Source: Naegleria gruberi
Lineage: Eukaryota
NCBI GenBank assembly: GCA_000004985.1
Contig: GG738856.1
Direction: 5' to 3' (one strand)
Length of the DNA stretch: 64,000 nucleotides
A program made the position numbers and the translations under genes. Positions 32,951 through 42,899 of this stretch are shown in pieces; within the stretch, counting starts at the first letter, position 1; every line of letters starts with the position of its first letter. A model generated the notes under the pieces. The model searched no databases, had not been told where the DNA came from, and saw nothing but the letters and a program-made list of their open reading frames with translations.

Positions 32951-35900
32951 ATGGCAGAAAAAGAGTTGGATCCAAGATTATTGGATATCATGAAGGAAAC
33001 AGGTACAAATGTGTCCGGTGATGATTTATCTGCTTTGAAGAGTGTGAGTGTTAGGGAATTAATTAAATTGTGGGAAATTTTAGGTCAAACACAAGAACAA
33101 ACTCCAGTTAAAGGTATAACAATGAAATCATCAACAACGGCAACAAAATCAAAGAAGGAAATCTTTGAAGAATGGACAAAGGGTGTAGTTGAAAACTTTA
33201 AAAAGGAGACTGAAAAGAAGGCTGAAAAATCGAGTTCGGGACTAAAGCCTAAAATCATGAATGATGTTGATTATTCAAAGGTTTTAAAAGATGCTAGAGC
33301 AAATCTTAGAAAGAGAATTAATCTTGATGAACAAACAGCAGTTGCTGTTGATTCAAATGATTCAAAGTCTGTTAAGGATTTAACTGCTAAAAGAAAAATT
33401 GAAAATAAGAGTGAAGTTAAACTCAGAACAACTCCTTACTATGAAACTGTACTTAAAAAGAAATCATCTCAAGTAGGAAAACTTGTTAAACCTGCAGTTA
33501 TACCACAAATTGTTAGTGTTTGTGATTCTAGAAGAAAGCCAACAGTCGTTGCTTCAAAACAATTAGGTGCCGATGGATCTGTTTATGTCTTTATTGAAGT
33601 TGCAACAGAACAAGAAATTAGAGATTTACTTTTTGAACAAGGATCCGATAGTACTATTTCTGCTCAAAATATTACAGAACAACCAAATATTCAAAGAATT
33701 ACTTCTGAAGATTTAGAAAGTGTAGTTTATAAGGTTGATCCAGAAAGTATTGGTGAAGGTGGTCAAATTTCATTGAAAGTTCATTATACTGAAGGTGAAA
33801 CTGGTGAAAGAAAGACTGATACTCTCGTTCCAATTCAATTAGGTTTTAATGATACAGTGGAAACTGAACAAAAAGAAACTGGTGAATTTGAAAGTACATG
33901 GTTTAAAACTGGTCAAAAGAATGAAACTAAGGAAACAGTTTCTTTTGAAGCTCCTCTTCAAGAAGCTGTAGATTCATTTATTGAATCAACTGGTCTTTCA
34001 CCAATTTCAGAAGTACAAAGAGATTGTGCTAGTTCTCCAGAGAAGGGAAAACATACCATGCAATTCTTTGCAAAGAAGAATGAGAAACCAATTCTTATCA
34101 AAGTTGTTTTTTCTGAAAAACCAAATGGAACCACAGATGCAATTATTTCTTCTAGATCTGAACTTGAAGCTGCTAAATCAAATACTGTTAAAGGGTTGAA
34201 GAAATATTGGGAATGTTTAAGACAAAACAAAACTGATATTATTAAGGGCCATGGAATTAAAATCAAGATTGAAAAGACTGAAAAGGAAGAACAAGAAAAG
34301 GCTGAAAACTTGAGAATTTCTCGTAAAAAAGAGCAAGAAGAACAAGAAAATCTCAGAAAAGAACAAGAAGAACAAGAACGTTTGAGAAAAGAGAAGGAAG
34401 AAGTGGAAAGAATTAGAAAGGAGCAACAAGAACTTGAAAAGCTCAGAAAGCAACAAGAGCTCGAACGTCAACGTCTTGAAGAAGAGGAAAGACTCAGACA
34501 AGAAGAAGAAGAACGTTTGAGAAAGGAACAAGAAGAACTTGAACGATTCATAAAAGAACAAGAAGAAGCTGAACGAAAGCTCATAGAGGAAGCTGAGGAA
34601 CTCGAAAGACAACGTCTCGAAGAAGAAGAACGTTTAAGAGCAGAAGAACAAGAAAGAATAAGACAAGAGCAAGAAGAGCAAGAACGATTGATCAAAGAAG
34701 CTGAAGAACAAGAAAGACTTCGCTTAGTAGAAGAAGAAAGAATCAGAAAGGAACAAGAAGAACGTGAACGTCAACGCTTAGCTGAAGAAGAACGTTTGAG
34801 AAAGGAACAAGAAGAGTTGGAAAGACAAGAGCAAGAAGAAGAAGAGAGAATTAAGAGAGAAGCTGAAGAGCTCGAACGTCAACATTTGGCTGAAGAGGAA
34901 AGAATCAGACAAGAGCAAGAAAGAATCAGAAAGGAAGAAGAAGAGTTCGAACGTCAACGCTTAGCTGAAGAAGAACGTTTGAGAAAAGAACAAGAAGAGT
35001 TGGAAAGACAAGAGCAAATAAGAATCAGAAAGGAACAAGAAGAGCAAGAACGATTGATCAAAGAGGCTGAAGAACAAGAACGACTTCGCTTAGCTGAAGA
35101 AGAAAGAATCAGAAAGGAACAAGAAGAGCTCGAACGTAAACGTCTTGAAGAAGAGGAAAGATTCAGACAAGAAGAAGAAGAACGTTTGAGAAAGGAACAA
35201 GAAGACCTCGAACGTCAACGTCAAGAAGAAGAAGATAGAATTAAGAGAGAAGCTGAAGAGCAAGAAAGACTCATTCATGCGGCTGAAGAGCAAGAAAAGC
35301 TCAGAATTGAGCAAGAAGAAAGAGATAAAGTCGAAGCTGAACGTCTCAAAATTGAACAAGAAAAGAGAGAAGAAGAAGAACGAATTCTTAAAGCTCAAAA
35401 GGTAATAGATGATAAGAGAAGTGAAAGAAGCCAAAAATTAGTTGACAAGATGGAAGAATTTTGGGCTAGATTTGGAAAACCATTGAAATCTAAAGAATTT
35501 ATGGACACTTTTCCATTCATGATCAAAGTTCATACTCTTAAAGCTCATCAAGCTATTGAAGTTATTGTTTCACCACCACCACCACAAGAAGGAAATACTT
35601 GTTACAAGAATATTAAGGTTTCCGTAAATCCACTTGTTCATACAGGTGTGGTATTGGAATCATTCCAAGTTATTATTGATGATTTATATCCATCAAATAG
35701 TCCATCATCTGCCGCTATTGCATTAAGAAGAAAGGATAATTTCCCAACTGGTGTTATTGGTGAATTGAAAATTGAATTTGATGAAGTTACTTTTGATCCA
35801 TCTAATGATGAAATTGTTGGAGAAGAACAATCAAATGAAGCATCATTTGGTGATATTGATTTCAAATTTGGTGAATTTATTATTAATGATATTGAACATT

Positions 35901-38900
35901 CTGATTTTGATGAATTCAAAGCTTTATGGGCAATTGATAGTTTTGGTGACAAGGTTTTAGGGAATGCTTATTGTAAAACTGAAGATTTCCCACAACCAAT
36001 TGATCTTGTAAAAGCCTATTGTGCATTTAATGACGTTTTACCACTTGTTCATGTTAAAGAAGGAGCTGATGAAGGAACAAGTTACTTTGGATCATCAATG
36101 GATTTTCCATCCGGAGATTCAGTTTACGTTTTATTGAAATGTAATGTTTATGAAGGTGGATTACTTCAACTTAAACTTCAAGCTAAATCTGTTGAAGAAG
36201 AATTTACTGAATCATTTATGAGATCAACATTTGAAGATTTTAAAAAGACAATTAATTGTGTTGAACCACCAGAACCACAAGATAAATCTATTGAATTCAA
36301 AGTTGGTAAACCAATTAAAATTACTCAAAAGAAGTTGATCATTTCTAAACCAATTGATTCTAAAGTACAAGTTGGTGTTACCAAGGCAATTTATCCTAAA
36401 GGTAAATCACTTTTAAAGTATCTTATTAAGAATATTGGTGATGAACCATTATTAGAAGTTAAAATGAAAGCAACAGGTGAAGGATTTGTTGAAACATTTT
36501 CATCTGAAGCCATTTCAATTAATCCAGGTGAAGAAGGTTTAATTTATAAGGTTTATAAATGTGGTGAAGGATCTATTTCATCTGAAATTGAAATTGATGG
36601 AGGTGAAGGTGAAGAATTATTTGATACTTTTATTGGTGAATCAGATACAATGGAAGATTGTTATCCAACTGTTGACTTTTTCCATTCTGAATGGAACAGC
36701 TTGGAAGCACATCATTTTGATGAACACGATCCAATTATTGTTCAAAGTATTGATATTAATGAGATTGTTCAATGTTGTAATGATGCATTCCTTTCTGAGA
36801 AGGCTTTAAATCAACAAGCAGTTGTTGAAAATAATTTGAATTCTCTTAATTATGCTTTCCATTTAAATTCAGGTGAAGAAGCTTTTGTTAAAGTTGGTTT
36901 GGAATTAGTTGGAGATGATCAAATTCAATGTAAAGTTTCATTGAGATCAGAAGATGCAAATGCTGAAAAGTATCATCAATCCCTTGCTAAATCACTTGCT
37001 GTTCAAGCTAAAAAGATTAGTGATTTGAAGAGAATGGCCGAGGAAGCTGCAATCCCTCCAGTCGAAGAGGAAGAAGAGCCAGCTATGCCACCTGTTGAGG
37101 AAGAACCTGCCATTCCTGATGTTGAGGAAGAAGAACCTGCCATTCCACCAGTTGAAGAGGAAGAGGAACCATCTATGCCACCAGAAGAAGAACCTCCAAT
37201 TGATGAAGGAGAACCTATTGAACCACCAGTTGTTGAGGAAGAAGAACCTGCCATTTCACTTGTTGAAGTTGAAGAGGAAGAACCTGCAATTCCACCTGTA
37301 GAAGAGGAAGAAGAACCTGCAATCCCTCCAGTGGAAGGAGAACCAGTTATTCCTCCAGAAGAAGAACCTCCAATTGAGGAAGAATCACCTATTGTTCCTG
37401 AAGAACCACCAGTTGTTGTTGTTGAAGAAAAGAAACCTGAACTTCCACCTCCAATAGTTATTGAAGAAAAGAAGCTAGAACCAGTTAAAGTTATTGAAGA
37501 AAAGAAGCCAGAACCACCTGTAGTTGTTGAAGAAAAGAAACCAGAACCACCTGTAGTTGATGCACCAAAGAAACCAGTTATTGTTGAAGAAGATGTTTTT
37601 GAAGAAGAAGAACGTGTTATTAAGGAAAATGCATTTGATGCAGCCAAATTATCAAATCCATCATGGCTTAAACCAAGATTTAATGTTTCTAATACTCAAG
37701 GATCATCAACAGATAAAAGAATTTGGGAAATTGACTTTTTTGCATCAATATTCCGTGTATTTGATAAGAAGGGTGGTAAATTGAAGAGTACTTATCATGC
37801 TAAAGATTTATATTCACTTGAAAGACATTTTACAGATTCAAGAAGATCAACGTTGAGATTCTTTGGTGATAAGAATCCACATGAATTAGTATTTGAATCA
37901 AATTATCATAGAGAAAGATTTTTTGAATGTTCATCATGTATGAGAAAGAATTTATTTGTTTGGTGTCCATCAGTTTGTGGAGAAGGTCAAACAAAATGTA
38001 TAACAGATATTAAGGGTACATTTATTGCTAAAGAAAATGGTAAACCAACAGAATATAAAGGACAATGTAAAGTTAATGCCTATGCTAAACCATTTGAAAG
38101 TATTAAAGTATTTACAATGACATGGAATATGGGTGGTAAAAAGGCTCCAAAAGATCCTAAAGAATTACAAGATTTATTAATACCTGGTAAATATGATTTA
38201 TATGCCATTGCTACACAAGAAACAGGTTTTCCTAAAGATGTTAACAAATTCAAAGCCTATGTTGAAAATTGTTTAGGTGATAAGTATATTGTATTAACAT
38301 GTATGACAATGTGGGAAATTCAATTAGTTGTATTATCAAAGAAATCACATTTTTTAAAAATATCAAATATTCAAGGTGTACAAAAAGCAACTGGTTTAGG
38401 TAAATTAGCAGCTAATAAGGGTGGTGTTGGTATTTCTCTATGTTTTAATAATACACCAATGTTATTCATTTCTGCTCATTTAGCAGCTAATCATGGTGAA
38501 AATCATGAAGATAATGATTCTTTAAATTTGAGAAATCAAAATGCAAGAGAAATTATTGATGCAATGGCAATTGGTAATCCAACTATGGATATTGGTGGTC
38601 AATTTGATTATATATTCTTTATGGGTGATACAAATTATAGAGTACAATTACCATATGATCAAGCTGTTGGATTAGCAAAGAATAAGCAATATGATGAATT
38701 ATTGAAATTTGATCAACTTCGTATGCAACAAAAACAAGGTGTTGCTTTTTATGGATTTAAAGAAAGTGCTATTAAATTTCCACCAACATATAAATATAAG
38801 GCAGGTACATTAGAATTTGATACTAAAAAGAAGAGAACACCATCTTATACTGATAGAATTTTATTTAAAACATTCCCTGCTTCACAAATTGTTGCTGAAA

Positions 38901-39481
38901 AATATACTGCTAAATATCCAGAATGTAAACATCCATCTGATCACTTACCTGTACAATGTATTTTCAAAATTCCAACTCATAGACCTTTTGTTTCTGTATT
39001 TACAAGTGATTCTCAATTCACATGTCAAATTATTTTTGATTCAATTATTTGTAAATTAGCTGTTAGAGAAGATTTAAAGAATCCATCTGTTACTTTCTAT
39101 GCTCCATGGTTAGATAGTAATGAAAAGGGTGAATATCCAATCACTTCACCAATTCCAAATACAAGAAAACCAGAATGGAGTGGTTCTTTAATACCAACTT
39201 TAACTCCTGCAACTTCTGATATGGTATTTTTAAGATTACAACATATTGCCTTGACTATTAGACAAGGAAAACCTGATATCAAGACTGGTATTGACAATCT
39301 TATTGGTACTGTTGTACTTCCATTACAAAATGCTGTACTTAAGAGTCCTGATGTACATCAATTTAAGGCACCAATTAATGCTCAAGGTGGTTTAGCTGCT
39401 GGTATTATGGAAGGAAGTTATCGTATTGTTTATAAGAAGGAAGATTTGAGTCAAAAGTTAATGAATGTTGAAATTGAATAA
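32951..39481 (+). CDS. Inositol polyphosphate 5-phosphatase (IPPc domain at about nt 38100..38980) with a 1,750-aa N-terminal extension. Single 2176-aa ORF.
   Basis: Catalytic motifs are present: FTMTWNMGG, YAIATQE, FISAHLAANHGENHEDN, FFMGDTNYR, PPTYKYK, PSYTDRILF and SDHLPVQCIF. Upstream are ER/K-type charged repeats (34300..35440), PEVK-like P/V/E repeats (37040..37600) and a PH-like segment (FFGDKNPHELVFESNYHRERFFE). Confidence 0.8.
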   Translation: MAEKELDPRLLDIMKETGTNVSGDDLSALKSVSVRELIKLWEILGQTQEQTPVKGITMKSSTTATKSKKEIFEEWTKGVVENFKKETEKKAEKSSSGLKPKIMNDVDYSKVLKDARANLRKRINLDEQTAVAVDSNDSKSVKDLTAKRKIENKSEVKLRTTPYYETVLKKKSSQVGKLVKPAVIPQIVSVCDSRRKPTVVASKQLGADGSVYVFIEVATEQEIRDLLFEQGSDSTISAQNITEQPNIQRITSEDLESVVYKVDPESIGEGGQISLKVHYTEGETGERKTDTLVPIQLGFNDTVETEQKETGEFESTWFKTGQKNETKETVSFEAPLQEAVDSFIESTGLSPISEVQRDCASSPEKGKHTMQFFAKKNEKPILIKVVFSEKPNGTTDAIISSRSELEAAKSNTVKGLKKYWECLRQNKTDIIKGHGIKIKIEKTEKEEQEKAENLRISRKKEQEEQENLRKEQEEQERLRKEKEEVERIRKEQQELEKLRKQQELERQRLEEEERLRQEEEERLRKEQEELERFIKEQEEAERKLIEEAEELERQRLEEEERLRAEEQERIRQEQEEQERLIKEAEEQERLRLVEEERIRKEQEERERQRLAEEERLRKEQEELERQEQEEEERIKREAEELERQHLAEEERIRQEQERIRKEEEEFERQRLAEEERLRKEQEELERQEQIRIRKEQEEQERLIKEAEEQERLRLAEEERIRKEQEELERKRLEEEERFRQEEEERLRKEQEDLERQRQEEEDRIKREAEEQERLIHAAEEQEKLRIEQEERDKVEAERLKIEQEKREEEERILKAQKVIDDKRSERSQKLVDKMEEFWARFGKPLKSKEFMDTFPFMIKVHTLKAHQAIEVIVSPPPPQEGNTCYKNIKVSVNPLVHTGVVLESFQVIIDDLYPSNSPSSAAIALRRKDNFPTGVIGELKIEFDEVTFDPSNDEIVGEEQSNEASFGDIDFKFGEFIINDIEHSDFDEFKALWAIDSFGDKVLGNAYCKTEDFPQPIDLVKAYCAFNDVLPLVHVKEGADEGTSYFGSSMDFPSGDSVYVLLKCNVYEGGLLQLKLQAKSVEEEFTESFMRSTFEDFKKTINCVEPPEPQDKSIEFKVGKPIKITQKKLIISKPIDSKVQVGVTKAIYPKGKSLLKYLIKNIGDEPLLEVKMKATGEGFVETFSSEAISINPGEEGLIYKVYKCGEGSISSEIEIDGGEGEELFDTFIGESDTMEDCYPTVDFFHSEWNSLEAHHFDEHDPIIVQSIDINEIVQCCNDAFLSEKALNQQAVVENNLNSLNYAFHLNSGEEAFVKVGLELVGDDQIQCKVSLRSEDANAEKYHQSLAKSLAVQAKKISDLKRMAEEAAIPPVEEEEEPAMPPVEEEPAIPDVEEEEPAIPPVEEEEEPSMPPEEEPPIDEGEPIEPPVVEEEEPAISLVEVEEEEPAIPPVEEEEEPAIPPVEGEPVIPPEEEPPIEEESPIVPEEPPVVVVEEKKPELPPPIVIEEKKLEPVKVIEEKKPEPPVVVEEKKPEPPVVDAPKKPVIVEEDVFEEEERVIKENAFDAAKLSNPSWLKPRFNVSNTQGSSTDKRIWEIDFFASIFRVFDKKGGKLKSTYHAKDLYSLERHFTDSRRSTLRFFGDKNPHELVFESNYHRERFFECSSCMRKNLFVWCPSVCGEGQTKCITDIKGTFIAKENGKPTEYKGQCKVNAYAKPFESIKVFTMTWNMGGKKAPKDPKELQDLLIPGKYDLYAIATQETGFPKDVNKFKAYVENCLGDKYIVLTCMTMWEIQLVVLSKKSHFLKISNIQGVQKATGLGKLAANKGGVGISLCFNNTPMLFISAHLAANHGENHEDNDSLNLRNQNAREIIDAMAIGNPTMDIGGQFDYIFFMGDTNYRVQLPYDQAVGLAKNKQYDELLKFDQLRMQQKQGVAFYGFKESAIKFPPTYKYKAGTLEFDTKKKRTPSYTDRILFKTFPASQIVAEKYTAKYPECKHPSDHLPVQCIFKIPTHRPFVSVFTSDSQFTCQIIFDSIICKLAVREDLKNPSVTFYAPWLDSNEKGEYPITSPIPNTRKPEWSGSLIPTLTPATSDMVFLRLQHIALTIRQGKPDIKTGIDNLIGTVVLPLQNAVLKSPDVHQFKAPINAQGGLAAGIMEGSYRIVYKKEDLSQKLMNVEIE
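34300..35440 (+). repeat. In-frame coding tandem repeats giving about 370 aa of EEERLRKEQEELERQ-type charged heptad/undecad units (ER/K single-alpha-helix or coiled-coil type).
   Basis: Visible GAA/GAG-AGA-AAG periodicity. The antisense frames give spurious F/L/S ORFs (34217..34612-, 35090..35434-). Confidence 0.7.
37040..37600 (+). repeat. In-frame coding tandem repeats: PAIPPVEEEEE-type units (about 9 copies), then EKKPEPPVVVE units (5 copies). PEVK-like.
   Basis: Direct reading of the translated ORF. The antisense frame yields a spurious GSSS-rich ORF 37003..37647-. Confidence 0.7.
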
Positions 39482-39483
39482 AT

Positions 39484-40593
39484 TTATTGAGATTTCCAAT
39501 TTGGATCATATTTAACATCACTAACACTATTATGTAAATTAATATATTTAGCATATTCTTGAGCTCCTTCAACATCATTTGGTTCTTCATCATAAGTTTT
39601 AACTTTACCATATTTCTTCAAGTCTGAAATTACCTTTTCATGTGAATGCCATCTTGGATATTGGAATACTTTGTGATGTTTGACTATTTTTTAAAAATTA
39701 TTAAAATTAGAATATAAGAAAATTATTTAAAAATTAGAATAAAAATTATTAGAACATTAGAATTATTAGAATATACATCAAATAAATTACTTACATGGAG
39801 GTAAAACCATATGTAAATGTAAATGTTTAACACTAACTGGAAAGTTATAACCAGCAACAACATTCTGTTCAACATTGAAATTTTCACCAAATCTAGATAA
39901 ATCTCTCTTTTTAAATTCTTGAACACCAGCATTAAATAAATCTTCTAAAAGTGAAATATGAGAAGCATTTAAACAAGTAACATCTTCATAAACAGCAGTT
40001 GGAATGACATCAATGTGATCATCATGAACTGATACACCAAATTTATCATTAAATAAACAAATATTATCATCTCTAAATAAAATTGGAGTACTAGTATTCT
40101 TTCCTGTTAAAATATCAAGAAAAACATTATCAGGTAATTGTTGAATATCTTGTGGAACAAGTGGAAATGAACATCCTGTACAAAAATCAACATGAACTGC
40201 ATTTGGTTTAATACAGGCTGCACATATTTTACCATATTGATGTTTTGTTGTATCTTGTTGAATAACTCCACGATCATTTCTTTCCTTTTCAATCACTTTT
40301 AAATCTTGTTCATTAAAATCTTTCCAATGATTTTTATTAAATCTAAATGATGTTGTTGTTGTTGTTGCTGACATTTGTGAATGATGATATTGTTGTTGTT
40401 GTTGTTGAAGTTGTGAATGATTAAAATTGCTCAAAGGCTTGTTGTTGATCAATAATCGACAAGAAGGCTTCCTCAGGTTGAGAAGAGATTTAATTTTTTT
40501 TAATGATGGAAGAAGCAGTGAACTTGTATATCTATTCATAGATTGTTGATTACTTGTTATCCTCATAAATAATGAAATTGTAATCTTGTTCAA
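39484..40593 (-). CDS. HIT (histidine-triad) family protein. Two exons: 40593..39795 and 39683..39484.
   Basis: The HIT motif HLHLHMV lies at the end of exon 1, preceded by a HINT-like fold (NVFLDILTGK..ILFRDDNICLFNDKF..HIDVIPT). A GTAAGT donor and AATAG acceptor (111-nt intron) extend the protein by 66 aa. The N-terminus has a Q-run and a CAAC..C..GC cysteine cluster. Confidence 0.55.
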
Positions 40594-40742
40594 ATGCCAT
40601 TGTTCAACATTAAAAATATCAAATAAATATCAATTTTAATAAAATCAAATAATAATAATATTAGTGTGGAAAGATTCTCATTCCAGAGAGGGATGATGAT
40701 GGAAAGAAAAGAAATAAAATTTCAAAATTTTTATGAATAAAA

Positions 40743-40967
40743 ATGTTAGAGAATTTAAAAAAAAATGACCAATCTTCCACCATCTTATGTAGTAGTAGTA
40801 TTCCAGATGATGGTGGTGATAATTCCATGAATATACATAATGATGATATTGAAAATATTGAATTATCTATTGGTGATGTTATTTGGTTAAAATTAGAAAC
40901 ATTTCCATGGTGGCCTGCAAAAGTATGTTTTTGTTTTTTATTATTTAATCATTTAATCATCATCATC

Positions 40968-40999
<32 letters not shown>

Positions 41000-42653
41000 T
41001 TATCATCATATAATAATAATAATATAAATATCATCATCATATAAATATTATCATCATATATTAAAATAATAGATTGTAGATTGTAATGATACAAAAATAC
41101 CTAATACAGTATTAAAAGAAAAACAATCACATTTAAAATTAGTTAAATTTTTTAATTCACCACCATCAGAAGAATATTATTGGATTGATTCAAATAAGGA
41201 TATGATTAAATTATTTAAAAATGATCCATATTTATTAGATAATAATGTTACTGTTATTAAAAATAATCCAAATTTAAAAAAAGCAATTCATCAAGCTAAA
41301 CAATTATGTGGATTTGAATTACCTAATAATAATAATAATAATAATTTATCATCTAATGATAATTCTAAAAAAAGAAAGAATGAAAATGAATTATCAAATG
41401 AAAATAAGAAAATGAAAGATTTAGTTATATTAACAGATGAAGAATTAAATTCTATTAAAGAAGAATTATCTAAATCTATTGAAACTAATAATAATAATGA
41501 TATTAAACATTATTTAAATTTTATTAATGATAAATGTAATCAAATTACAGTTGATCAATTAAAAACTTGTAAAATTGGTCAAGTTGTTGCTCAATTAAGA
41601 AAACATTCAGATGAACATATTTCTAAAATGGCAAAAGATTTAGTCAAGACTTGGACTTTATTAGTTTCTTCTTCTTCTTCTTCTTCTAATACTGCATCTA
41701 ATAGTACTAATACTACTACAACTAATAGTGGTACTACTTCAACAAATGCTGCTACTACTACTACTACAGCAACTACTACAACTAAGAATGAAAAGGCTCT
41801 TAATAATACTCCTAAAAAATCATCAACCACAGATGATAAACCTAAAATTAAAAAGGTTATTAATACAACTACTGGTAGTACTAGTACAACAAGTGCAACA
41901 AAATCATCCAACACCAATACCAATACCACCACCACTACTAGTAGTAATAGTAGTACAACTACAACAACTAAACAACCACTTGCTATTAAACCAATTAAAA
42001 CATCACAATTATCCAACCATAATAATCAAGCAGTATCATCATCATCATCATCACCATCATTAAAATCACCAACAACACCACTCTCTGCATCAAGTTCATC
42101 CAATTCACTATCTAGTAGTACATTATTTGATACAAGTAAAATACCACAATGTACTGAAAGTAATCGTAATAGATGGAGACAAAAAATAGGAGAAGGATTA
42201 TCAAAAGTACCAAATTCTACTGAAGATTTAATTATTGAACTATGTGTTGAAATTGAAACACAAGTTTATAATTATTTTAAAACATTAATAACAGCAACAT
42301 CTTCATCATATGATGATCATTGTAGAACATTGAGTAGAAATTTAAATGCATCTAATAATGATGATTTTAGATCAAATGTTTATCATTCAATTATTCCAAT
42401 TGAACAATTACCAATTATGAAAGTACAAGATATGGCTTCAAAAGAGAAACAAAAAGAAAATGCTCTATTACAAGAACGTAAATTACATAATAGTATGGTT
42501 GCTAAACCTGCTGCTGTTGAATCTTCAATGTTTAGATGTGGTAAATGTAAGAAAACTCAATGCACTTTTTATGAAATGCAAACTAGATCTGCTGATGAAC
42601 CTATGACTGCTTTTATTACTTGTCTAAGTTGTGGAAATAGATGGAAACAATAA
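40743..42653 (+). CDS. PWWP-domain / transcription elongation factor TFIIS fusion. Two exons: 40743..40922 and 41073..42653.
   Basis: Exon 1 ends ...IGDVIWLKLETFPWWPAK and splices (GTATGT donor, phase 0; AATAG acceptor) to IVDCNDTKIP...KLVKFFNSPPSEEYYWIDSNKDMIKLF, completing a PWWP fold. Downstream are the TFIIS N-domain (KIGQVVAQLRKHSDEHISKMAKDLVKTW), a TFIIS central region, and the C-terminal zinc ribbon CGKCKK..C..YEMQTRSADEPMTAFITCLSCGNRWK. Confidence 0.75.
40961..41050. repeat. AAT/ATA-type microsatellite inside the PWWP–TFIIS intron.
   Basis: (aataat)n and (atcatcat) runs. Similar short (ATT)n tracts occur at 3172..3200, 12661..12690 and 46571..46630. Confidence 0.6.
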
Positions 42654-42899
42654 ATTTTTTTATACCATATATATTTGAAAGAGAAGAATTTTGATGAAGA
42701 TTAATAAGGAAATTAACAAACCTATTTTAAAAATTGGCGGTAAATAACTACAATTCATCATTGAATAGCCTTTAAAAAAACAATCAAAAACACATCTCTC
42801 TATCTTATTATTATTTTAATAAATAATAATAATATCTATTCAACAATACATCATTCTCAACAATTTCATACAAATCTTAGTAGTAATTTTAATAATAAT

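Noticed and set aside
34217-35434. Minus-strand ORFs 34217..34612 and 35090..35434, which are F/L/S-rich.
   Set aside because: They are antisense translations of the GAA/GAG-rich ER/K repeat array of the 5-phosphatase gene. The sequence is low-complexity and sits inside a strongly supported plus-strand CDS.
37003-37647. Minus-strand ORF of 214 aa that is G/S-rich.
   Set aside because: It is the antisense of the PEVK-like coding repeats and has no independent support.
41591-42063. ORFs 41591..42016- and 41728..42063+.
   Set aside because: They are off-frame and antisense readings of the Thr/Ser/Asn-rich linker of the TFIIS gene.
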